Shown one piece after another: positions 50,313 through 59,364 of a DNA stretch of 64,000 nt. The stretch's first letter is position 1; every line of letters begins with the position of its first letter. Source of the stretch: Erysipelotrichaceae bacterium (lineage in GTDB: Bacteria; Bacillota_I; Bacilli_A; Erysipelotrichales; Erysipelotrichaceae); the NCBI GenBank assembly GCA_019415435.1, contig DXZE01000001.1:12426-76425 (forward strand). Reading direction: 5' to 3'. The translations under genes and the position numbers were made by a program. The notes beneath the pieces are model-generated. The model saw only the letters and a list, made by a program, of their open reading frames with translations, ran no database searches and had not been told where the DNA came from.

Positions 50313-51533
50313 TCAGAAGAAAATACCAACAGCATTCTCAAGACTGATCTCCTTGGCAGCCTCAACAAAACGGTCTACTTCTTCTTTTGAATTATAGAAA
50401 TATAAGGATGCACGAATACTCTGATCCGTACCGATAATCTCATGCAGAATCTTTGCACAGTGATTACCGCTTCTTACGGCAATATTCCTGGAGGCTAAGA
50501 AACCTGCCGCATCCTGGGCAAAGACACCCTTTGCATTAAAGTCAACCGGGCCATAAGCATTGTCTGGATTCAGCACTTCGATGTTATCTAACTCCATCAT
50601 CTTGTTAACAAAATAGGAACGAAGTTCTTTTTCATATTCATGGATATTATCCATACCAATGCTTTCAAGATACTTAACAGCAGCACCTGTACCGATTACA
50701 CCTTCAATATTCGGTGTACCTGCTTCAAATTTAACTGGTGCATCTTTCAGAATAACTTCACCATCTTTATTAAAGCGGGCATTCATATCGCCACCCATAA
50801 AGACCGGTTCCATCTGCTTTAATAAGTCATACTTGCCATAGAGAATTCCCACGCCGCCTGGACCGCACATCTTATGCGCACTGAAGCCCAGGAAATCAAC
50901 ATCCATGTCTTTGACATCTGTCTTCATATGTGGAACAGACTGTGCTCCATCGACAATCATCAAAGCACCATGTTCATGGGCTATCTTAGTCATTTCCTTA
51001 ATTGGCTGAATAGATCCCAGAACATTGGTTGTCTCTGCTAACATGACAGCTTTGACACCATCATGCATTGCCTTCTTAAAGTCTTCAATATGAATATTGG
51101 CTTCCTTATCTGTAGGAATATATTCCACATGAATGCCATACTCTTTTTCCAGGCGGAATAAAGGCAGGATAACAGAAGCATGTTCTGCCATTGTTGTTAA
51201 GACGGTATCACCCTTCTTTAAAAAGTTTTTTGCAAGGCCATAAGCAACCTGGTTTAAAGATTGAGAAACATTATGAGTATATACAATCTCATTAGGTTCA
51301 CAATTGATAAAATCCGCAATGATCTTTCTGGTACCATCATACAATCTGTCATTTTCAGCAGCAATTGTATAATCACCACGATGTACGTTGGATGTATGTT
51401 TTGTATAGAAATCAACGACGGCATCAACGACACATTGTGGCTTTAATGAAGTTGCGGCCGAATCAAAATAAATCAGTTCCGGGTTATTCTGAATCATAGG
51501 AAAGTCTTTTCTGATCTTATTGACATCTAGCAT
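50313..51533 (-). CDS. sufS: Cysteine desulfurase SufS (class II)
   Basis: It has the PLP Lys in FSAHKMCGPGGVG and the catalytic Cys in RSGNHCA. Confidence 0.95.
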   Translation of the reverse strand: MLDVNKIRKDFPMIQNNPELIYFDSAATSLKPQCVVDAVVDFYTKHTSNVHRGDYTIAAENDRLYDGTRKIIADFINCEPNEIVYTHNVSQSLNQVAYGLAKNFLKKGDTVLTTMAEHASVILPLFRLEKEYGIHVEYIPTDKEANIHIEDFKKAMHDGVKAVMLAETTNVLGSIQPIKEMTKIAHEHGALMIVDGAQSVPHMKTDVKDMDVDFLGFSAHKMCGPGGVGILYGKYDLLKQMEPVFMGGDMNARFNKDGEVILKDAPVKFEAGTPNIEGVIGTGAAVKYLESIGMDNIHEYEKELRSYFVNKMMELDNIEVLNPDNAYGPVDFNAKGVFAQDAAGFLASRNIAVRSGNHCAKILHEIIGTDQSIRASLYFYNSKEEVDRFVEAAKEISLENAVGIFF

Positions 51534-52327
51534 AATTCTGCTATCTTCCTTTCCATTTCTTCCTTCAGCTTTGCCTTTAATTCATCATTATCAAGTGTTT
51601 CTGTGATTGGCAAGAGATAACCTGTAGAAATCAAAGAAGTGCATTGCTGGTCGGATAAACCACGGGACTGCATATAGTACAGCTGATCTTCATCTACACG
51701 TCCCATACTCATGGCATGAGATGCCTGAACATCATCTTCATCGATCAACAGTTCTGGTAATATTTCGGCATGCTGACCAGCTTCAAATGATAAGGCACGG
51801 GAAGTCTGATGAGATTCTGACTTATGTGCACCCTTGACAATCTTGCCTACGGCATCAATCAGAAGTCTGCCATTCTTTAAGACAACCGCATAGTTTTTGA
51901 TATCACCATAGGTATGAGGCGCAAAGTTAACGACATTCATCTGATAATCCTTATGACAATCTACTAAGGAAGCAGATGATAATAAGGCTCTTGCGCCTGG
52001 TTCTCTAAGGGCGGCGTATGTATGACGCTTTGTATCAGCACCATTGCATTCACCATAGGCAACCGTTACATCTGCATTACCCATGACTTCATGACTTTCA
52101 TCAATGTCCATGGGTTCTTTGGAATTATTCCAGAACAAATAGGAGATATGTGAATCTTTCCCGGCAAAGGTTCTGATTCTGATGTGTCCTGCTCTTTTAA
52201 TCTGAATGAAGGCATCACATCTGCCGCTTCCTCTGAAGGTAAGATTCAGATCCCTGTCTGTATCTATTTCATATTCACTGTATCCTTCCTTGAGAAGGAT
52301 ATCCATATCTACATGAATCGGATACAT
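51527..52327 (-). CDS. sufD: Fe-S assembly protein SufD (short form)
   Basis: It has the SufBD C-terminal beta-helix and the QLYYMQSRGLS motif. At 266 aa it lacks the N-terminal third of Bacillus SufD. Confidence 0.85.
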   Translation of the reverse strand: MYPIHVDMDILLKEGYSEYEIDTDRDLNLTFRGSGRCDAFIQIKRAGHIRIRTFAGKDSHISYLFWNNSKEPMDIDESHEVMGNADVTVAYGECNGADTKRHTYAALREPGARALLSSASLVDCHKDYQMNVVNFAPHTYGDIKNYAVVLKNGRLLIDAVGKIVKGAHKSESHQTSRALSFEAGQHAEILPELLIDEDDVQASHAMSMGRVDEDQLYYMQSRGLSDQQCTSLISTGYLLPITETLDNDELKAKLKEEMERKIAELC

Positions 52328-52329
52328 GG

Positions 52330-53181
52330 TTACTTTCCTGCTTTCTCACCTGCCACTGCGGCAGTTCTAACAGCACATGCACCAATCATGCTGGCAGGCT
52401 GACTCTTGTTCTCTTTAGCTTCGGCAGCCGGTTCAACATGATACTCGCTGTAGATCCAGTCATAGCCTTCCCTGTCGATTCTCTCCGCAAGTTCAGCATC
52501 ACCTTCTACAACAATCTTTCCATTTACCAGTACATGCGTATACTCAGGCTTGATTAGCTGATAGAAACGTTCATAGTGAGAGACAACAATCATTGCCATA
52601 TGTGTTTCATCTCTGAGCTTGTTTAAAGCATCTGCGACAATATGCAGAGCATCTACATCCAGACCAGAGTCAATTTCATCTAACATTGCTAAAGACGGTT
52701 TGAGCATTTCCATCTGTACGATTTCATTTCTCTTCTTTTCACCACCAGAGAATCCTTCATTCAGGAAACGATGGGCAAGGTCTTCCTTCATCTGCAGATC
52801 ATCAATGGTTTTCTCCATTTCCTTGATGAACCTGAATAAAGAGATAGGCTGTTCTCTTCTGGCATTCATGGCAGCTCTTAAGAAGTCACTGTTTGTAACA
52901 CCAGGTACTTCCTGAGGATACTGCATAGCCAAAAATAATCCGGCAATGGATCTTTCATTAACAGGCATATCCAGCAGATTCTTGCCATCATATGTAATAG
53001 AACCCTGTGTAACTTTATATTTCGGGTTACCCATGATTGCGGCTAACAGAGTGGACTTACCATTACCATTTGGTCCCATCAGGGCATGGGTCTCATTTTC
53101 ATTAACAGTAAGATTAATTCCGCGTAATATTTCTTTGTCTTCAACCTCTACATGCAGGTCTTTTATTTCAAGTGTCTTCAT
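52330..53181 (-). CDS. sufC: Fe-S assembly ATPase SufC
   Basis: It has the ABC motifs GPNGNGKST, FSGGEKKRNEI and LDEIDSGLD. The ATG at 53181 follows GAGGGTG. It carries an extra tail of about 35 aa. Confidence 0.93.
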   Translation of the reverse strand: MKTLEIKDLHVEVEDKEILRGINLTVNENETHALMGPNGNGKSTLLAAIMGNPKYKVTQGSITYDGKNLLDMPVNERSIAGLFLAMQYPQEVPGVTNSDFLRAAMNARREQPISLFRFIKEMEKTIDDLQMKEDLAHRFLNEGFSGGEKKRNEIVQMEMLKPSLAMLDEIDSGLDVDALHIVADALNKLRDETHMAMIVVSHYERFYQLIKPEYTHVLVNGKIVVEGDAELAERIDREGYDWIYSEYHVEPAAEAKENKSQPASMIGACAVRTAAVAGEKAGK

Positions 53182-53383
53182 ATTTTCACCCTCATTCCGC
53201 GAGAAATTATAGCATTTCTGTATGTTAATGTCTCGGATGACGATTTCACCTCTATCAGACACATCGACATATCCGTCAGTCTGTATAATACATGCACATC
53301 ACACAAAGTTCACGTTCATCAAATTGATTTCAGATATTAAACATCCTATAATTATTAAGCGTTTTTTACATACAGGAGGCTTT

Positions 53384-54448
53384 ATGGGCAAATTCTTAAG
53401 AAAGAACTGGTTCGTAGTGCTGATCGCCGTTGTATTCATCGGCTTTGTCAGCTATTACATCTACGATACAAACAAAGGTAAGTTAAAAGGCAAACAAAGT
53501 AATGGTGAAGATGTTGTATTTGAAGTAGATGGAAAAGATACAACTGCATCATCTTTCTATGATGAACTGTATAAGAGCAATGGTTCCAATGCCTTGACAA
53601 CATTATTCAAGAAAGCAGTTGCGGATGCATCTGTAAAGACAACAAGTGATATCAAGGATACAGCCAAGAAACAGGCTGAATCCATCCGTTCCAATTATCA
53701 GTCACAGTATGGTGACAGCTATGAGACATATCTCAAGAGCAATCTGGAATCTACCGGATATACAGATCTTGAGGAATATCTGATTGAACAGCAGAAAATC
53801 AATCAGGTTACAGCAGATTATGCCAAGAAGAATTTCAAGGATCTGCAGATTCGTCAGATTTCCTACATACTTGTAAAGTTTGAAAATTCCGACAGTCCTG
53901 CCGCTGAAGCTACAGATGATGAAAAGAGCAGGATGCAGGCAGTTGATGATGAACTGGCAAAGGGTACTGATTTTGCCAAGGTCGCAACCGATCATTCTGA
54001 AGATACTTCTACTGCTTCCAAGGGTGGAAATCTTGGTGTCATTGATAAGAATGCTTCTACATTGGATTCTACATTCCTGTCTACTGCCCTTTCCTTAAAG
54101 GAAGGTGAAGTATCTGACTGGGTAAGATCTGATCAGTTCGGTTACTTCAAGATCAAGTGCACAGCTGCTTCAGCAAAGACTCTGGAAAATAATTACGCAG
54201 ATTCTGATGAAGATCCATATGTATCCCTGATTGAAAACTATGATTCTACATTAGAGAATACAGCAATCTGGCAAAAGGCTGATGAACTTGGCATCAAGTT
54301 TGATGACAAGGATGTTGAAAAGAAGATCAAGAAGGCATTCAATCAGAATACTTCTGATAAAGCTAAAGCTACCGCTTCTCCAGAAGCTTCTGCTTCACCT
54401 GCAGCTACATCTGCACCAGCTCCAACGGCATCTGCCGCAGCTCAATAA
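53384..54448 (+). CDS. prsA: PrsA-like foldase: membrane anchor, SurA-N-like domain and parvulin domain
   Basis: The ATG at 53384 follows AGGAGG. It has an N-terminal TM helix and the parvulin-like region ISYILVKF...GTDFAKVATDHSED...GGNLGVI...GYFKIK. Confidence 0.75.
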   Translation: MGKFLRKNWFVVLIAVVFIGFVSYYIYDTNKGKLKGKQSNGEDVVFEVDGKDTTASSFYDELYKSNGSNALTTLFKKAVADASVKTTSDIKDTAKKQAESIRSNYQSQYGDSYETYLKSNLESTGYTDLEEYLIEQQKINQVTADYAKKNFKDLQIRQISYILVKFENSDSPAAEATDDEKSRMQAVDDELAKGTDFAKVATDHSEDTSTASKGGNLGVIDKNASTLDSTFLSTALSLKEGEVSDWVRSDQFGYFKIKCTAASAKTLENNYADSDEDPYVSLIENYDSTLENTAIWQKADELGIKFDDKDVEKKIKKAFNQNTSDKAKATASPEASASPAATSAPAPTASAAAQ

Positions 54449-54462
54449 GGAGGTATGAAATA

Positions 54463-55374
54463 ATGAAACGTAATCATCTGATACTGGCATCCCTTCTGTT
54501 GATCGCTCCGCTTGCCGGATGCTCTGATGCCCAGGCTAAGTTAAATGATTCAAAGACAGTATTGTTCTCAGTTGGCAAGGAAAGTGTTACCAAAGGTCAG
54601 TTATATTCTTTAATGAATGCAACGGTTGGTGCTTCTACTGCTATTGCGGATGCTAATAAAGCTATCTGTGCAAAGGAAATAAAAGTTACGGATGATATGA
54701 AGACAAGTTCCCAGAGCACATTGGATAACTACAAGACAATGTATGGTGACTCCTTTACAGAGTATCTGGATTCTGCAGGTATGAATGAAGAAGATTACAT
54801 GAATGATCAGTTAATCCCTTCCCTGCAGGCAGAAAAGTTAACTTCCAAGTACATCGAGGAAAACTGGAAGAGTGTCAAGAAACTGTATAAGCCAGTCAAG
54901 GCAACCATCCTGGAATTCAGTTCTGATGATGATGCCAAGGCAGCGTTAAGTGAGCTGAATGATGGTTCTGCAAGTGCAACTGATGCGGCAGCCAATCACA
55001 ATTCTTCTTCATCCGGATCATCTGAGATCTATACCATTGAATCTTCTGATGTTGATTCCATGGTCAGAACTGTATTAACTTCCATGAAGCCGGATGATGG
55101 CTGGAAAGAAGTGCCGGCAAGCTCCGGTGGTAATTATTACCTTGTTCATGTAGATGACAATGATGCGGATAACTTCAAGGATGAAGCTACAGATACCCTT
55201 TCTTCCATAGATCAGGTATCCAAGGATTCCACAACATATTTCTTCAAGAAATATAACTTCCATGTTTATGATAAGACAATCTATGATGCATTAGCTTCTG
55301 ATTATCCGGATTATCTTGTACAGGATATGAATGCCAGTGCTTCTCCATCCGCAAGTGCTGATTCTTCCAATTAA
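54463..55374 (+). CDS. PrsA-like lipoprotein with a degenerate parvulin domain
   Basis: It has the lipobox LAGC. Its overall layout parallels the upstream gene (KATILEF...GNYYLVHV). Confidence 0.65.
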   Translation: MKRNHLILASLLLIAPLAGCSDAQAKLNDSKTVLFSVGKESVTKGQLYSLMNATVGASTAIADANKAICAKEIKVTDDMKTSSQSTLDNYKTMYGDSFTEYLDSAGMNEEDYMNDQLIPSLQAEKLTSKYIEENWKSVKKLYKPVKATILEFSSDDDAKAALSELNDGSASATDAAANHNSSSSGSSEIYTIESSDVDSMVRTVLTSMKPDDGWKEVPASSGGNYYLVHVDDNDADNFKDEATDTLSSIDQVSKDSTTYFFKKYNFHVYDKTIYDALASDYPDYLVQDMNASASPSASADSSN

Positions 55375-55380
55375 GTTATG

Positions 55381-55406
55381 AGACCGTTTCTAAACGGTCT
55401 TTTTTC
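55381..55406 (+). terminator. Intrinsic terminator after the PrsA-like pair
   Basis: The hairpin is agaccgtt-tcta-aacggtct followed by T5. Confidence 0.8.
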
Positions 55407-55446
55407 ATATACAGATGCTATAATCTTAATAAGGAGGTTTCGATCT

Positions 55447-55842
55447 ATGTGTGTATTCTGCGATATTATCAATCATAAAATTCCATCAAAAGTAGTCTAT
55501 GAAGATGACGATGTACTGGCCATTCTTGATATCAGTCAGGTAACATATGGTCATACACTGGTTATGCCTAAGAAACATGTAAAAAACATTCTGGAGGCAG
55601 ATCCTGAAACTGTCAGCAAGTGTGCGGTTGTTGCCCAGAAGTTAGCAAAGCAGATTGTAAAGAATACTGGTGCTGTTGGCTGCAATATTCTGAATAACTG
55701 TGGTGAAGTAGCAGGTCAGTCTGTAGATCATCTGCATTTCCATATCATTCCTCGTTATGGCAAGGATGATGCGGTAAACTTCACATTTGGAAGTACAGAA
55801 CAGAATCTGGATGAGGTATTAGCAAAGGTCAAGGGTGAATAA
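55447..55842 (+). CDS. HIT-family nucleotide hydrolase (Hint-like)
   Basis: It has the CVFCDII zinc motif and the histidine triad HLHFHIIPR. The ATG at 55447 follows AAGGAGG. Confidence 0.92.
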   Translation: MCVFCDIINHKIPSKVVYEDDDVLAILDISQVTYGHTLVMPKKHVKNILEADPETVSKCAVVAQKLAKQIVKNTGAVGCNILNNCGEVAGQSVDHLHFHIIPRYGKDDAVNFTFGSTEQNLDEVLAKVKGE

Positions 55843-55844
55843 AG

Positions 55845-56348
55845 ATGCCTGCCGCACTTTATTACATTCATGATCCATTTGCGCCTAAGCCTAACCGCCC
55901 TTCCCGTTTTGGCAGTGCAGTAGTTATCAATGCACAGGGAAGAATTCTTTTAGAGCATCGCAAGGACAGTTTCCGCTGGGGTATTGTATCTGGTGATATC
56001 AGAGATACGGAGACGTTCCAGACGTGTGCATTGCGGAGAACCATTGAAGAAACAGGCATTCATCTGAAATATGATGATCTGCATTTGTTAAAACTGTTTG
56101 ATGATCCTTCCCGCATTGTTTCTTTCCATGAAGGAAATATCTACCGTATTGTCCATCTTGCCTATTATGCAGAGTTAAAGGAAATACCTGAAACAGTATG
56201 TGGAGATACTTCTATTGAACTACAGTGGGTAGATCCGGGTGATTTAAAAGATTATGAAATCATTGTGACGCATCAGGATATTCTGGAAACATATTTTAAA
56301 GAAAGACATATCTGTTATGCGATGAACAAGACATTCAGAGAAAATTAA
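55845..56348 (+). CDS. NUDIX hydrolase
   Basis: It has a Nudix box-like sequence, GDIRDTETFQTCALRRTIEETG. Confidence 0.8.
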   Translation: MPAALYYIHDPFAPKPNRPSRFGSAVVINAQGRILLEHRKDSFRWGIVSGDIRDTETFQTCALRRTIEETGIHLKYDDLHLLKLFDDPSRIVSFHEGNIYRIVHLAYYAELKEIPETVCGDTSIELQWVDPGDLKDYEIIVTHQDILETYFKERHICYAMNKTFREN

Positions 56349-56371
56349 AAGGCTGAGGAATCAGCCTTTTT
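56349..56371. terminator. Bidirectional terminator between the NUDIX gene and gatD
   Basis: The hairpin is aaggctga-ggaa-tcagcctt, flanked by A and T runs. Confidence 0.75.
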
Positions 56372-56376
56372 ACGTA

Positions 56377-57111
56377 TCATAAACAATGCATTCTTCTTAA
56401 CATGACTTCCTGGGCTTTCATTTCCAGACTGTCATCCAATGGCTTTAACTCTACCCTGCCATATCTTTTACGTAATGCTCTTTTCAGAATAGCATCTGCG
56501 ATCTTAGGATTCTTAGGTAACAATGGTCCATGCATATAGGTAGCTAGTACCTGATCATTCATAAAGCCTTCATATTGAGACTCATGCATGTTTCCATGTC
56601 CCTTCAACACTTTTGCGAATGGTGTGGAAACATTCTTTGTCTGACCACCATGATTTTCAAAACCAACTGCTTTAAAGGTTTCCCCATCCATGGTTGTTTC
56701 TACAGCGATGTTGCCTATGCATCTGTGACCACGGTCACTGGCTTCGGTATAGTAATCAAATAAGCCAAGGCCTTCTACAATAGAACCATCCTGATCCTTG
56801 TAGTACTTGCCGAACAACTGATAACCTCCGCATATCAGAAGGAAAGCAGTATTCTGATCCATTGCTTCAACAATCTGCTGTTTACGGGACAATAAATCTT
56901 CATGAATCAGTTCCTGCTCACGATCGGCACCACCGCCAAGGAAGAACAGATCATAGTCACGGATATCTCTTGTTTCACCAATCGTACATGTATCTAATGT
57001 TACCTGTATGTTACGCTTCTGCGCTCTGACTCTGAGCACTTCCGCATTTCCCTTATCACCATACAGATCCATCAGATCATGGTACATCCATAATATTTTC
57101 AGATCAGTCAT
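56377..57111 (-). CDS. gatD: Lipid II isoglutaminyl synthase, glutaminase subunit GatD
   Basis: It is a CobQ-type GATase with LICGGYQLFG (catalytic Cys). It is coupled to murT by an 8-nt overlap. The start is MTDLKILWMY. Confidence 0.88.
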   Translation of the reverse strand: MTDLKILWMYHDLMDLYGDKGNAEVLRVRAQKRNIQVTLDTCTIGETRDIRDYDLFFLGGGADREQELIHEDLLSRKQQIVEAMDQNTAFLLICGGYQLFGKYYKDQDGSIVEGLGLFDYYTEASDRGHRCIGNIAVETTMDGETFKAVGFENHGGQTKNVSTPFAKVLKGHGNMHESQYEGFMNDQVLATYMHGPLLPKNPKIADAILKRALRKRYGRVELKPLDDSLEMKAQEVMLRRMHCL

Positions 57112-58420
57112 GACGTGCTGCCACCTTTCTGAGGATAGCTCTGGTTGGATGCAGAGCTGTATATGTCGCAATGACATAACTTTCCATGTCTGCTTCATCC
57201 AGCCATTCTATGGCCTTCTCGCTGTCTTCTATAACCGTAATACGTTCTTCTAATCCTTCATACTTCAACCGTAAAGCCATGTCATATGCCCTTAATCCTG
57301 AACAGATAATATGCTTGACTTCCGGTACATTCAGACGTTCGAAATGGGCATCCCATATCCATGAAACATCATGACCATCCTGATCATTGTCATTCAAGAA
57401 TATACAGATATTCTTATCTCCAGGCTGATGAAGAATATACTTTAATACTTCATTGGCACCAGTTGGATTTTTGACAAGATTAATCGTACAGTCTTTGGAA
57501 AGATGGAATACTTCATTTCTTCCTTCTTTCATTACAAAGTTCTTAAATACATAATTAGCAGCATCAGGATCCAGATGCAGTACCTTCATAACAGTTAGTA
57601 CAGAAGCACAGTTATAGACTGCATAGATAGAATTCAGGAAGTTATGATACTTCTTTCCTTCTACGGTAAATGTCTCATTACGGTAATCTATGTCAGTGAC
57701 ATAGATATCCGGATGGATTTCACCAAAGCCATCATAATCGCAATGGAATCTGCCGATATGAGAATACTGGTAGTATTCATACTTCAAAGGTCTGCCACAT
57801 CTTGGACAGAACTTTCCTTCAGAAGCTTCATCCGTATGTGTACAGGACACATCATTTGGGGCAACAGAAAAGGTATGGATAACTGCTTCTTTAGCAGTAT
57901 CCGCAATTCTTAACGTATTCGGATCATCCCCATTTAAAATAATGTCCCCCTTGAAATCAGCTGTTACATCCTGAATCTTGCGGATGATCGTTTCCATCTC
58001 TCCTGCCCGATCTAACTGATCACGGAAAAAATTCGTTACGACAAGATGGGTTGGATGCAGATGCCTGAATTGACGGTAAAGGGTTAACTCATCGACTTCA
58101 ATAACTGCCGCATCTGCATCGATGTTATAGTGACTGTCTGAACTTGCGGCTAATAATGTCGCAATACCGACATTCAGATTATCACCACGTCTGTTATTGA
58201 TAACCTTTAATCCTGCCTTACGGAGAGATTCCGCAATCAGATTAGACGTTGTTGTCTTGCCATTGGTTCCGGTAACGAGGATAACAATCTTAGGCATATG
58301 GAATCTTTCAATGAAATGAGGATCCATCTTTAAAGCCATGATGCCCGGGAAACTGCCTCCCCTGCCTGCCTTCTGGAGAATTTTATGAGTTGTCTGTACA
58401 AGTCTTAACCGTATACTCAT
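57104..58420 (-). CDS. murT: Lipid II isoglutaminyl synthase, Mur-ligase subunit MurT
   Basis: It has the motif VTGTNGKTTT, a Cys4 ribbon (C...CPRCG) and a DUF1727-like C-terminus. Confidence 0.88.
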   Translation of the reverse strand: MSIRLRLVQTTHKILQKAGRGGSFPGIMALKMDPHFIERFHMPKIVILVTGTNGKTTTSNLIAESLRKAGLKVINNRRGDNLNVGIATLLAASSDSHYNIDADAAVIEVDELTLYRQFRHLHPTHLVVTNFFRDQLDRAGEMETIIRKIQDVTADFKGDIILNGDDPNTLRIADTAKEAVIHTFSVAPNDVSCTHTDEASEGKFCPRCGRPLKYEYYQYSHIGRFHCDYDGFGEIHPDIYVTDIDYRNETFTVEGKKYHNFLNSIYAVYNCASVLTVMKVLHLDPDAANYVFKNFVMKEGRNEVFHLSKDCTINLVKNPTGANEVLKYILHQPGDKNICIFLNDNDQDGHDVSWIWDAHFERLNVPEVKHIICSGLRAYDMALRLKYEGLEERITVIEDSEKAIEWLDEADMESYVIATYTALHPTRAILRKVAARHD

Positions 58421-59364
58421 TTGTTATGTTCCTTTTTAGGCTTATAGAACTGTCTGCCTTCTAATGCAAACAGCTTGCTTGTCCATTTACCAGGTTTAAC
58501 ACCTTCTAATGCCTGTTTCAATGTATTCATTCTCGCATCAAGATTATCAATCAGAGATAACGCTTCTGCCTCCGGTAACATCGGTAAAACCGGTGAGCCG
58601 AATTCATAGTGACCATGATGAGAAAGAATCATATGATGCATGAGAATGCACTCTTCCGTATCTTCAAGGCCAAGTTTTTCACTGACTTCTGTAAGCCAGC
58701 CATTGGCTAAAGAAATATGTCCTTCTAACTTTCCTTCCAATGTATATTCCGTAGTGACAGGGCCACTCATCTCTGCGGTTTTGCCAACATCATGAATCAA
58801 AGCAGCACCTACTAAGAGATCACGGTCAAGCTGAGGATAATGTCTGCACACATCTTCCGCCATCAAAGCCATGGAAAGAGAATGCTCGCTTAATCCACCC
58901 ATGAAGTTATGATGAATACGGGAAGCGGCCGGGAATGTGTAGTACTTGTCTCCTACATATTCCAGCATACCGATAACCAGTTTTCTGTATACTTCATTCT
59001 GAATGGAATCTACTAATCTCTTTACTTCATCACGACGGTCATTTTCACTGATTCCGGACTCAATCGTAAACTCTCTTAAATCTACCGTGCCTTCTGATAC
59101 AGGTTCACAATGATTGATCCTTAACTGCAGATTATCCTTGTAATTCAATACTTCAAATGAGAAATTACAGATTCTGCCTGTCTGACATATCTCCTGATCT
59201 TCTGGGGTTACATCCCAGAACTTGGCATCCATGGTTCCGGTATTATCCTGTAATACCATAGATAAGTATGGAGCACCCTTGGAGGTTGTTCCATTTTTAA
59301 CTTCTTTTATTAAAAGAGGTTCTTTTATTCGCATTTTTTCCTGCAGATCTTTTATTTTCGTCAT
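58417..59364 (-). CDS. yhaM: 3'-5' exoribonuclease YhaM (OB fold + HD domain)
   Basis: It has an N-terminal OB fold (TSKGAPYLSMVLQDNTG) and an HD domain (HHNFMGGLSEHS...LIHDVGK). Confidence 0.88.
   Translation of the reverse strand: MTKIKDLQEKMRIKEPLLIKEVKNGTTSKGAPYLSMVLQDNTGTMDAKFWDVTPEDQEICQTGRICNFSFEVLNYKDNLQLRINHCEPVSEGTVDLREFTIESGISENDRRDEVKRLVDSIQNEVYRKLVIGMLEYVGDKYYTFPAASRIHHNFMGGLSEHSLSMALMAEDVCRHYPQLDRDLLVGAALIHDVGKTAEMSGPVTTEYTLEGKLEGHISLANGWLTEVSEKLGLEDTEECILMHHMILSHHGHYEFGSPVLPMLPEAEALSLIDNLDARMNTLKQALEGVKPGKWTSKLFALEGRQFYKPKKEHNK

Noticed and set aside
53222-53383. The 54-codon N-terminal extension of the prsA-like ORF in the ORF track.
   Set aside because: The extension overlaps the divergent sufC promoter region and has no RBS. 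The ATG at 53384 has a perfect AGGAGG, and the protein then starts with a normal TM anchor.
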